A stretch of DNA of 64,000 bases from Candidatus Heimdallarchaeota archaeon. GTDB lineage: Archaea > Asgardarchaeota > Heimdallarchaeia > JABLTI01. The stretch spans positions 29,254 through 93,253 of the forward strand of contig JABCTZ010000012.1 of the NCBI GenBank assembly GCA_018238155.1. Reading direction: 5' to 3'. Shown here in pieces: positions 27,384 to 35,985 of the stretch (its first letter is position 1; every line of letters begins with the position of its first letter). The notes beneath the pieces were generated by a model, which was not told the DNA's origin, did no database searches, and worked only from the letters and a program-made list of their open reading frames with translations. The position numbers were made by a program, and so were the translations under genes.

Positions 27384-28214
27384 TCACTTTTTTTCCTTAG
27401 AATCTGAGAGAATTGCTGTTCTATTTTTTTCTAGTAAATCAAGTGAATCATCGACTAAGTAGAAGCTGCCATCAACATTTACAATGTAAACTACTTCGTC
27501 CTGTAAGAATTCTTGTTGTTTGTGAACCGATTTCGCAGGAACTTTTTGAGGTGCAATTTGGTCTGGAATTTCTACTCTTATTAGTCCGCCTTCAGCGTTG
27601 ACTTTTATTGAGACAAATGCTTCTCGCCCTATGAAATCTTGTTTGGTAGGTAATCGATAAGTTAGTGTTTGTGAAATCTTCTTCCAAATGACATTAACAA
27701 TTATTGAGAGGATAATTGGTGAAAGTAAGGTTATGACCAACCTTAGATATGAATTCATGTTTGGTTCTTGCCAAAAGAGTAACAATCCTAACCCTCCAAA
27801 TGAAATTGAGAAAACTGCAAGTGAAAGCATTAATGGGGTTGACCCTCCTTTTTCAATATGGAATGGACCTACATCATATTCTAATGCATCTAAACTAACA
27901 TCATAATCTAAATCAATATCTTTGTCGATACTTACATCTTTATCTACAGAAAAGTCTTTGTCAATTGTGATATCCTTGTCAACGGTTAGATCTTTATCAA
28001 ACGAAATGTCATTGTCTACTGAAATATCTGCATCATGGTCGATATCATGGCTAAGACTATGGCTTGTACTAATTCCGAAAGTTACCAACACTAGTATAAC
28101 AACTACTGAACCAAAAATTAGAAATCCTATACAAAATCCTCGAAACCATTGTTCCCAAAGTAGCAAATCTGCTGCAAATAATAAATGAAACGTTTGTACA
28201 ATAAAGTTTAGCAT
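27384..28214 (-). CDS. NfeD/YqiJ-like membrane protein with an Asp-rich hexapeptide repeat
   Basis: TM helix, D-rich repeat, two TMs (FSISFGGLGLLL), then a C-terminal OB-like domain starting DFIGREAFV...GLIRV; adjacent to flotillin. Confidence 0.8.
   Translation of the reverse strand: MLNFIVQTFHLLFAADLLLWEQWFRGFCIGFLIFGSVVVILVLVTFGISTSHSLSHDIDHDADISVDNDISFDKDLTVDKDITIDKDFSVDKDVSIDKDIDLDYDVSLDALEYDVGPFHIEKGGSTPLMLSLAVFSISFGGLGLLLFWQEPNMNSYLRLVITLLSPIILSIIVNVIWKKISQTLTYRLPTKQDFIGREAFVSIKVNAEGGLIRVEIPDQIAPQKVPAKSVHKQQEFLQDEVVYIVNVDGSFYLVDDSLDLLEKNRTAILSDSKEKK
27890..28065 (-). repeat. 18-nt/6-aa coding repeat D-K-D-hydrophobic-S/T-hydrophobic
   Basis: DADISV DNDISF DKDLTV DKDITI DKDFSV DKDVSI DKDIDL DYDVSL. 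Confidence 0.8.
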
Positions 28215-28268
28215 TTTTTTATTACCCAACTTGTATTTTTTCCTTTTTTGGTTTACTTTCCACTTTCT

Positions 28269-28302
28269 AAAAAAAAGTGTAAGGGAGAACCATTCCCCCA
28301 CG
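28269..28302 (-). terminator. Hairpin plus U8 between flotillin and NfeD genes
   Basis: Minus strand reads GTGGGGGAA-TGG-TTCTCCCTTAC-ACTTTTTTTT. Confidence 0.55.
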
Positions 28303-28333
28303 ATTATTAACTAATCAGTTATGGATTACTTCT

Positions 28334-29557
28334 CTATTTAGTAGTGACGGTTTTCCTACCTTTTGGTAATGCTTTCTTTTTAGATTTCTTTGGAATTACT
28401 TCGACATCCTTAGACATAATTTTAGAAAAGTTAAGACTTTTACCTGTAATTTCTGGTAACACTGTTAGAAATGGTACAATGGATTCAGCAATACTTGAGA
28501 ATGCTTGTTGTCCATCACCCATCACAAACATTTTATCGACATTTAGGTGTGAATAAATCTCTGGGAGCATTTCAACAATTTTTAGTTGGAAGAATTTTGG
28601 ATCCGCTTGTGCTAATGATTTAACCTGCTCGAGAATACCATCTGCTTCAGCGATAAGCTTCTCCTTTACAGCTGCAGCTTCACCTTGAGCTTTTGCAATA
28701 AGCTGAGCTTTTTCTCCTTCAGCTATCCTGATCATTCTTTCGTATTCAGCATCAGCTTCAATGGTCACTTTTCTTCTTAAAGTATCCGCTGAAATTTCAG
28801 TTCTTTTCAATTCAAGTTTTTGTACTTCAATTTCTCTATTCTTAGAGACAGTTTGAATTTCTAATTGAACATTCTGTTCTTGTTTGCCTGTTTTTCGTGA
28901 AACTTCAAGGTCTCTTAATTGAGTAACTTCTTCCATTTCTGCTCTTCGAAGCCGTGCAATTTCTTCTTCAGCTATTTGTTTTGATGCTTCCAAGTTTGTT
29001 TTCAGAATTTTGTTTAATACTTCAACATCTCTAATTTCAACTGAAATGACTACAATACCCATATCGGCTAATAGGTCATGCAGCTCTTTAGATACTGCTG
29101 AAATGATTTCGCCACGCTCTCTGATAATAGCTTCTAAAGGCATGTTCGCACAAGTGGTACGAATGATGCTTTCTGCAGCATTTTTTATTATTGTCTCTAT
29201 ATAATCTGCATCTCTTTCCTTCCAGGACACAGCAGTAAAAGCTATTTCTGGTTTCATTACTTTCCAAAAAACGAAAGCATTTACAGAAACATCCTGAAAC
29301 TCTCTTGAAAGCACTTTTTCTTTTGCTTCTAAAAATGTTTGTTGAGTAGTAGTAGGTATGACTATAATTTCATCAATTATAGGCATTAGAACACATTTTC
29401 CACCTTTTCCAGCAGATTTTACTTTTCCATTTCTGAATCTAATTACATATTCATTAGTCTTAAATTTACGATATCTGCTAACGAAGAAAAATACAGCTAA
29501 TACCCCTAACCCACAAACTCCTGCAACTATAATAGCGATTGTAGTTTCGATTGCCAT
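28334..29557 (-). CDS. SPFH/flotillin family membrane protein
   Basis: N-terminal TM, SPFH domain (IRTTCANMPLEAIIRER...L.DMGIVVISVEIRDV), EA-rich flotillin coiled coil (AEGEKA, AQGEAAA, AEADG). Confidence 0.9.
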   Translation of the reverse strand: MAIETTIAIIVAGVCGLGVLAVFFFVSRYRKFKTNEYVIRFRNGKVKSAGKGGKCVLMPIIDEIIVIPTTTQQTFLEAKEKVLSREFQDVSVNAFVFWKVMKPEIAFTAVSWKERDADYIETIIKNAAESIIRTTCANMPLEAIIRERGEIISAVSKELHDLLADMGIVVISVEIRDVEVLNKILKTNLEASKQIAEEEIARLRRAEMEEVTQLRDLEVSRKTGKQEQNVQLEIQTVSKNREIEVQKLELKRTEISADTLRRKVTIEADAEYERMIRIAEGEKAQLIAKAQGEAAAVKEKLIAEADGILEQVKSLAQADPKFFQLKIVEMLPEIYSHLNVDKMFVMGDGQQAFSSIAESIVPFLTVLPEITGKSLNFSKIMSKDVEVIPKKSKKKALPKGRKTVTTK

Positions 29558-29799
29558 CTTATTTCAATTATTCCTTCAAAATTTGTTTAATATATAATTT
29601 ATTGGTGTAAAAGATTTTGTTTTTCAAATCTTTTTGCTTAGAAAAGACAAATTTTCATCTGAATCTTTTACTTAAGTAAATTATCTAGATACACATATAT
29701 AAATATTAACAATCCATTCATTAATTTAATGAAACATTTACTAAAATAAATAACTTATCAATTAAGAAAGTCCTTTTTCTAAATGATTGAAAAATTCTC

Positions 29800-29844
29800 A
29801 ACAAAAAAAAATAAGAAAAAAGTGAGATGAATATTTCTCATCTC
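29800..29844 (-). terminator. Hairpin plus U-tract after the pilin gene
   Basis: GAGATGA(29824-29830)/TCATCTC(29838-29844) stem followed on the minus strand by long T runs. Confidence 0.55.
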
Positions 29845-29849
29845 TGCTC

Positions 29850-30302
29850 TTAAAATGCTGGAGAGGTAATAGTACCATCTGCTGCAGTTAAAGTGATTTC
29901 GTAATTTGAAGATGTTGTAAGAGTACCTGACAATTGAATAACGAATTTTACCGTATTGCCTTGAGCTAACTCATATGGGGTAGTAAAATCAATTTCAGTT
30001 GTGCCAACAAAAACATGAATAGCAATATATGTATCAGTTGTATTGGTAACTGTAAAAGCTTCCAAATTTACAAAGGTTGCGGGTGCACCACCAATATTTT
30101 TTATTTCAAAATAAACACGATCGCTTGATCCTGATTGCAATCCATATGATAATGGACTAAGCTCTGACTTTTGTGCAAATAGTGGTACAACTACGAAATA
30201 AACAATTGCAGCTGCGGTGACTGTTAAAGCAATTAATAGAATTGTTGCAATAACAGGTGATACTCCTTTCTTTTTCTTTAGAATTATTTTTCCAAGTGAC
30301 AT
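29850..30302 (-). CDS. Archaeal type IV pilin / archaellin-like N-terminal domain protein
   Basis: Class III signal peptide KKKKG|VSPVIATILLIALTVTAAAIVY followed by a beta-rich Ig-like body. Confidence 0.9.
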   Translation of the reverse strand: MSLGKIILKKKKGVSPVIATILLIALTVTAAAIVYFVVVPLFAQKSELSPLSYGLQSGSSDRVYFEIKNIGGAPATFVNLEAFTVTNTTDTYIAIHVFVGTTEIDFTTPYELAQGNTVKFVIQLSGTLTTSSNYEITLTAADGTITSPAF

Positions 30303-30319
30303 TCTTAATCAACCATCCG

Positions 30320-30386
30320 TTTGATTTCAGCTTTATTATAATTTCTTTTTGTGCAAAAAAGCTGAAATCAAATACTAGATTTCAGT
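30320..30386 (-). promoter_or_regulatory. Perfect 15-bp inverted repeat plus a third half-site in the pilin leader
   Basis: TTTGATTTCAGCTTT(30320-30334) and AAAGCTGAAATCAAA(30358-30372), with an extra GATTTCAG at 30378-30385. Confidence 0.6.
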
Positions 30387-30616
30387 CAGTTACTGCGCAC
30401 TACTTACTATTTACCTTCCTAATTAAAGGATTTTCGTTCTGGCAAGTCAAAAAAAGGGCTATTTTTTCTATATTGATTTTTTTCAATCAGTAAATAAGAA
30501 TAATTTCGTTTATGGCGCATTGAAAAGTAATATAAACTATATGTTCGAATTGTGAGTAGGTAGATTATTACCGCCTTTAAGATTTGTCAAATCTGATTCA
30601 TTTGGAGTAGAATTTA

Positions 30617-31417
30617 ATGGGTATAAACGATCCTTACTCACCAAAACTTGCTGGAATAATTGTTTCGTCTTTTGAAGATAGAGGTCCGGATATCGTTTTT
30701 AATAATACTGAATTAGCTGATGATGAAGCTATGGTTTTAGCTATAAAAGGTATGACAGTTATTGGTATTGATAATCCACTGGATGTTATTGAAGATATAA
30801 ATGATGAAGAAGAGCGCAGAGCAACTATCCAACAATTTGGTCCATTTCCAATCAAAAGCCGTGATAATCTAAAAGCATTAGCAATTTCATTTGTTGTGAA
30901 GGCTGAAAAATCAGATGATTTAAGAATTATGACCTTTGGTCGTTTTTGTGTTATATTTTTAATTTATCATCAAGAACATACAAGACTAATGTTAGATTCA
31001 TATGGTTTAATTGAACCCTATTTTACTATTATAACTCGAGACCTTGTTTCTGACAAGGATTTAAATCCTACAAATCTTAGCAGTGTTTACCGTAGAATGA
31101 ATATGCTTTTCCAAGGTGTTTTACCGCGAGTATTTACAGTAACTGATAAAGGCGTAATCAAGGAATTAATTGGAAAGGAAATTATGCACAGAGATGTTTT
31201 TCTAATTGCTGATAAAAAGAAGAGCTCCCTATATACAATGCTAATTGACCCTGAAATGACTGTTTGGAGGAAACGAAAAATCTATCAATCTGCAGCAAAG
31301 CTCAATTCTAATCTCTATCGTCAAAAATTAACAATATCTACCGTAACAGAACTTGAAGAGATTTCAAATTTACTAAAACGGTACAACCTCTCTGTTGAAG
31401 GTATTTCTCTGGGATAA
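30617..31417 (+). CDS. Longin/uDENN-like domain fused to a gelsolin-like domain (putative eukaryotic-signature protein)
   Basis: N-terminal GIIVSSFEDRGPDIVF ... FGPFPI ... ALAISF ... CVIFLIY; C-terminal DVFLIADKKKSSLYTML...TVWRKRKIYQSAAKLNSNLY...ISTVTELEE. Confidence 0.55.
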   Translation: MGINDPYSPKLAGIIVSSFEDRGPDIVFNNTELADDEAMVLAIKGMTVIGIDNPLDVIEDINDEEERRATIQQFGPFPIKSRDNLKALAISFVVKAEKSDDLRIMTFGRFCVIFLIYHQEHTRLMLDSYGLIEPYFTIITRDLVSDKDLNPTNLSSVYRRMNMLFQGVLPRVFTVTDKGVIKELIGKEIMHRDVFLIADKKKSSLYTMLIDPEMTVWRKRKIYQSAAKLNSNLYRQKLTISTVTELEEISNLLKRYNLSVEGISLG

Positions 31418-31462
31418 TTCATCAAAAATAGCTGATTTAGTTTTAGGTCTTTTTTCAATCAC

Positions 31463-32788
31463 CTAAAACCATTTTGTACAAGTATATTGTTTTCCTAATG
31501 TCATAGAATTAATTACCCAATCTGAAAATAAAAATTCTTTCTCCATATCAAAAGTCTGACTGAGAATAACAATGAGCTTGAGCCCTATAGAATGTCCAGA
31601 TTCTAGTTCTATATTTTCTTTAATATTATTATAAGTCGAGTTTTGAAGCGTTTTTGTTGCTAATACTCTAAGTGTGATATTTACACTATAAACAAAAATT
31701 CCTCCACTAATTACTACTGCTAAATCTTCTATTGAAGACGCCGGATCAACTTGAGATAGAATATCTATTGAGACATCAGTTGAAATTCTTTGGTATCGCC
31801 ATTGGCGACTAATTTGTACTGTGGTTTGAGTAATTGGTACGGCAACAACTAAGAGAATAAGTACCCAAGCAACTATTTGAGTTTTCATTGACCGCTTTGC
31901 TTTGACTTTCTTTACGGCTTGAGGTGACTCTACTTTTCGAATAATGAATACTAATAAGCACCCAAGCAAAACACAAGCAACATTTGTTACAAATAGAACC
32001 AAGCTTCCTAAAGCCGTGTCCCACTGAAACATTCCTATGGCAATACCGATGTTCACTGTCACCGGAAGTAGAGCTGCAGCAGCTGCAACTCCAATCAATA
32101 TTAGAGATGTACCACTCACAAAACAAATACCTGCTGTTAATCCTGAAGCAATTGCAATTATTAAATTGACAATGTTTGGTTCACCCCTGGCAATAATAAA
32201 TGCGCTTGGTTCATTTTGCGCCAATAGATTTGTTAATCCCACAGCAAATCCGATGAAAATGGAAATGAATACACCTATTCCCTCTGAAAGTAACCCTTCA
32301 CGCAAGATTTTCTGATTGGATGTAAGCGCTCCAAAAGCAATCCCAACAATTGGACCCATCAAGGGAGCAACTATCATTGATGCAATTAATGTAACGTTAT
32401 CATCTCCAATAAGACCCATGGCTGCGAGGATAGACGAAAGGACCGTCCAAGCAATAAAATTGAAATCAAGTTTTGATATAGAGTGAACTTTCTGTTCCAA
32501 TTCTTCGATAGAAATCCTTCTCAAAAATTTATCTTGTTTTCTCGTTCTGGTTCTAGGGATGGTCGCTTCAATTTCGGTAATAGTTATTCTCCCTTTTACT
32601 CTCCCGATACCTAAATCACTAAGATGATCTAAAACAAACCCTGTTCTAGTAGGAGTAACTGTTAATAGAATTAAACTATGGTCTGCTCCTTTGATATGTT
32701 CTATTTGTGAAGGAGAAACAACTTCAATGAGACCGGTTACAATATCATCACCTTCTGTTGCGGGAACAGTTACTTGGATTTGTTTCAT
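31463..32788 (-). CDS. TIGR00341/DUF389 family membrane protein
   Basis: IASMIVAPLMGPI, IIARGEPN, LIIAIASG and GVAAAAALLP motifs. Confidence 0.9.
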   Translation of the reverse strand: MKQIQVTVPATEGDDIVTGLIEVVSPSQIEHIKGADHSLILLTVTPTRTGFVLDHLSDLGIGRVKGRITITEIEATIPRTRTRKQDKFLRRISIEELEQKVHSISKLDFNFIAWTVLSSILAAMGLIGDDNVTLIASMIVAPLMGPIVGIAFGALTSNQKILREGLLSEGIGVFISIFIGFAVGLTNLLAQNEPSAFIIARGEPNIVNLIIAIASGLTAGICFVSGTSLILIGVAAAAALLPVTVNIGIAIGMFQWDTALGSLVLFVTNVACVLLGCLLVFIIRKVESPQAVKKVKAKRSMKTQIVAWVLILLVVAVPITQTTVQISRQWRYQRISTDVSIDILSQVDPASSIEDLAVVISGGIFVYSVNITLRVLATKTLQNSTYNNIKENIELESGHSIGLKLIVILSQTFDMEKEFLFSDWVINSMTLGKQYTCTKWF

Positions 32789-33065
32789 TTTTGAATCCTC
32801 AGAATAATTGACTAGTATTTGATGATAGTTTTACACTCTTTTATTTTTTGGGGAGCTCAATTCAATTGTAAAATGGTTTCTTTTGTGAGAAATTGTTTAA
32901 CAACATATCTTTTTGGAACAGTACTTGTAATTACTATTGGATTTTGTAATGCGTTGAATGTTTTTCTTTCTTCCAAGATATCAACAATTGGTCTCTCTAT
33001 TTTTCAATAGAACGGATAGAAAATATTAAACGGATTCAGTAAATAACAAACTTGTTCTGATAGAA

Positions 33066-34349
33066 ATGCGATACTATGAAAATTGTGACAAATGCAAAAA
33101 ATGCTTCCCATGTCCTGTGACAAACGGTGACAAAAACCAAGGAGCATATCCAATTACTCAAGGATATGGTGATGTTTGGTATTGTGCAAATTGCTTCTAC
33201 TGCGAAGATATTTGTCCTGATTATTCTCCCAGACAATATGCAATTGATTTACGAAGAACAACACAGCAATTTTCTGAAAGAACAATAGAACCAATCAAAA
33301 AATTGAGAAAATATGGTTTATTGTTTGATATCACTAAATCTTTGGATGAATATCGGCTTGACATAGGTCTACCCTCCATTTTGAAACCAAATGTCATTGA
33401 AGTTAATTTTCTTTATCAAACTATTTTGGATGAAAAAAGCTTACCTTTAGTAAAAATTCAGAAGAAATTAGTCTCGAGTAAGCTTGAAAAGAATCACAAA
33501 AAAGGTAAGATTGCACTTTTTTTAGGTTGTCTAATTCCATATCGAGTTCAAGACTATGAATTATCTGCAAGAAATTTGTTGAAAAAACTTGATATTGAAT
33601 ATCTTGATTTACCTTTTTCATGTTGTGGTTCTGTTATGACAGAATCTCAATCAGAAGAACTTTGGTTGACAATAGGTGCATATAACTTAGCCATAGCAGA
33701 ACAGTTAGATGTTAAAACTATTATTACTTTGTGTGGAGGTTGTACAGGTAATCTCAGAAGAATAAATGATGTCTTACTTGAAAATAGTAATAAATTGGAG
33801 AAAGTAAATGAACACTTGAGTAAGATTTCAAAAAGCTATTCTGGGAAAATCACTGTAAAACATCTTTCCGAATTCTTACTGGATAACAAAATAACTAATG
33901 ATATACAACATCTATTTAATCCTTCAAAAATTGAAAACCTTAAGCAAATATCTGCAGGGGTACAAATACCATGTCAAGTGATTCGTCCTGAAAAACAATC
34001 TCCAAATTCTCATCTTAAAACGAAGCTGCTAACTGATCTATTGAAATCGACTCAAATCAACCTTGTCAAATATCCTTATGAATTACTGTGTTGTGGTTCA
34101 TCGATATTAGCGTATGATGAACAATTAGCTTATAAAATTGCTAAGAAAAGAATCGATTCACTCCTAAAAAGGAATGTTGATGCGCTGATTCTTGGTTGTG
34201 GAAATTGTAGCATGAATTTCAGTGTTCACCTTTCAGAATATTCAACTGCTCGATTAGCAACATTATTCTTTACAGAAGTCCTTGATTATGCCTTAGGTTC
34301 CGATAATGAAAGAATAAATGAATTAATTACTAATAGAAAAATACCCTGA
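33066..34349 (+). CDS. HdrC-HdrB-like fusion (2x4Fe-4S + two CCG domains)
   Basis: CDKCKKCFPCP and WYCANCFYCEDICP, then FLGCLIP, SCCGS, LCGGC, PCQVIRP, LCCGS and GCGNC. Confidence 0.85.
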   Translation: MRYYENCDKCKKCFPCPVTNGDKNQGAYPITQGYGDVWYCANCFYCEDICPDYSPRQYAIDLRRTTQQFSERTIEPIKKLRKYGLLFDITKSLDEYRLDIGLPSILKPNVIEVNFLYQTILDEKSLPLVKIQKKLVSSKLEKNHKKGKIALFLGCLIPYRVQDYELSARNLLKKLDIEYLDLPFSCCGSVMTESQSEELWLTIGAYNLAIAEQLDVKTIITLCGGCTGNLRRINDVLLENSNKLEKVNEHLSKISKSYSGKITVKHLSEFLLDNKITNDIQHLFNPSKIENLKQISAGVQIPCQVIRPEKQSPNSHLKTKLLTDLLKSTQINLVKYPYELLCCGSSILAYDEQLAYKIAKKRIDSLLKRNVDALILGCGNCSMNFSVHLSEYSTARLATLFFTEVLDYALGSDNERINELITNRKIP

Positions 34350-34451
34350 AGTGCAATTAAGTAATTGCCACTTCGCTCTCCACAAATGCCTCTTCTTTCA
34401 TTTGTGTGAAGAATTTTATTTTCTTGAATAAAAATGGTGTTAGCAATCCAA

Positions 34452-35360
34452 TCACTTTTTCTTTTTCTTAAGCTTCTCTTCATATTCGTTATAAATTACA
34501 TCCAGTATTTCGTTAGGGTCGGATTCAATACTAAATTTCCTTTTGAAAAATCGACAAAGATTTTTGATATCTCTAAATAGGTATTCTTTTGCATTAGGAT
34601 GACTAGCTAACTCATATTGGGGAAAATCAATTATAAGGAAATCAAATTTTGGAGTGATGATGATATTATATTCGGATAGATCTCCATGAACAATATTTCC
34701 TTTGACAAAGAGTTTTCTAACTTGGGACATTATACCATTAAATATTTTCAATGGTTTTGTAAGATCGTAAGCATCCACCAATTCTATCCCTTCAAAATAC
34801 TCCATCACAATAATATGTCTATTTTGATCGATAGCATTTGGTACTTTTGCTTTTATCTTACGAGCTAATTGTAATCCTTCAAATTCTCGTTCTGCTGAAA
34901 GTCTTGACTTATAGAGCCAATTTATATGTCCTCTTCTTCCAACATAGCTGCGGAGTTTTTTACTTCTTTTGAAGCTTGGACGACCAACTCGATGTATTTT
35001 TGCTACGACCGTTTTCTGTTTTGTATCAAACGCGTAAAATACGTCAGATTCCTTTCCTTTACCTAACTCTCTGCCAATAGCAATGATTGAATCCCTCTCG
35101 GCTAATGCTCTAAATGCTAAAACATCATATCCATGATGTGTTAATTGATAACCAACATAATGTCCTTTCCAGCGTGAAACTAAATCCTTGAAATGCAGTC
35201 CATCTATTCTCTTTATAACTTCATCTAGAGTATATTTACTGAATTCTACAACAGTATCAATGGAAACATGTTCAGATGTTCGCATTCCTACTTCTATAGA
35301 TTGTAGTATACGAAAATCTTTTTTCTCTAGTTCAAGAAGATATTCTGCTGCTTTTGACAT
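34452..35360 (-). CDS. rio2: RIO2 atypical serine kinase
   Basis: N-terminal wHTH (GYQLTHHGYDVLA), GKGKESDV, SAEREF, VHGDLSEYNI, IIDFPQ. Confidence 0.93.
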   Translation of the reverse strand: MSKAAEYLLELEKKDFRILQSIEVGMRTSEHVSIDTVVEFSKYTLDEVIKRIDGLHFKDLVSRWKGHYVGYQLTHHGYDVLAFRALAERDSIIAIGRELGKGKESDVFYAFDTKQKTVVAKIHRVGRPSFKRSKKLRSYVGRRGHINWLYKSRLSAEREFEGLQLARKIKAKVPNAIDQNRHIIVMEYFEGIELVDAYDLTKPLKIFNGIMSQVRKLFVKGNIVHGDLSEYNIIITPKFDFLIIDFPQYELASHPNAKEYLFRDIKNLCRFFKRKFSIESDPNEILDVIYNEYEEKLKKKKK

Positions 35361-35613
35361 TCCAAATGGTTACTCCTTACTTATTATATTTAACAGAACA
35401 ACTCTGTTTATAATGGTTTTTTGTTTGCTTAATTGGCAATTTATATTAAGTTTTACTATTTCTTTTTAGTAATAATATAGGCAAAATAATAAATTAATAC
35501 ATTCAACAATCTTTTTATAAAATAAATGACAAAAAAGTTACAGAAACTTTTATTTATTACAATTATTTTTAATTGTACTTCAACAAATAGTAACAATGAA
35601 TTGAGGTAATGAA

Positions 35614-35895
35614 ATGTCTGAAGAAACTCTCAATGTAAATGAAGACAGAATCAATAAAGTAGCAAAAGCTTTGTCATCAAAAACTCGAGTAAAAATATTG
35701 AAAATGACCTCTGAGAAAGATATTGATGTAAGTCGTATTGCTGGTATGTTAAACCAGACAGAAGCAAATATTAGTGCTCAAGTTAAAATTCTCGAAGAAG
35801 CTGGTTTGTTAGTTTCACGATATGAACCTGGCATGCATGGTGTAAGAAAGATCTGTAGCACGAAGGTTAATACAGTTATTTTTAAATTATATTGA
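35614..35895 (+). CDS. ArsR-family HTH transcriptional regulator
   Basis: KALSSKTRVKIL...IAGML..TEANISAQVKILEEAGL...GVRKIC. Confidence 0.85.
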   Translation: MSEETLNVNEDRINKVAKALSSKTRVKILKMTSEKDIDVSRIAGMLNQTEANISAQVKILEEAGLLVSRYEPGMHGVRKICSTKVNTVIFKLY

Positions 35896-35985
35896 CTCTG
35901 CGGCCAATCTATATTCAGAAACAAATAAAACTGAGTATCTGGATTGGATTTATTTTACTTTTCTTTAAGAAAAGAGAGATGAAAG

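Noticed and set aside
28215-28301. N-terminal extension of the NfeD ORF
   Set aside because: Runs through the terminator-like hairpin and U-tract; ATG 28214 is more plausible.
33066-34360. Possible selenocysteine read-through in the Hdr-like gene (ends in TGA)
   Set aside because: All expected Cys positions are Cys, the TGA falls after the complete HdrB domain, and nothing recognisable follows.
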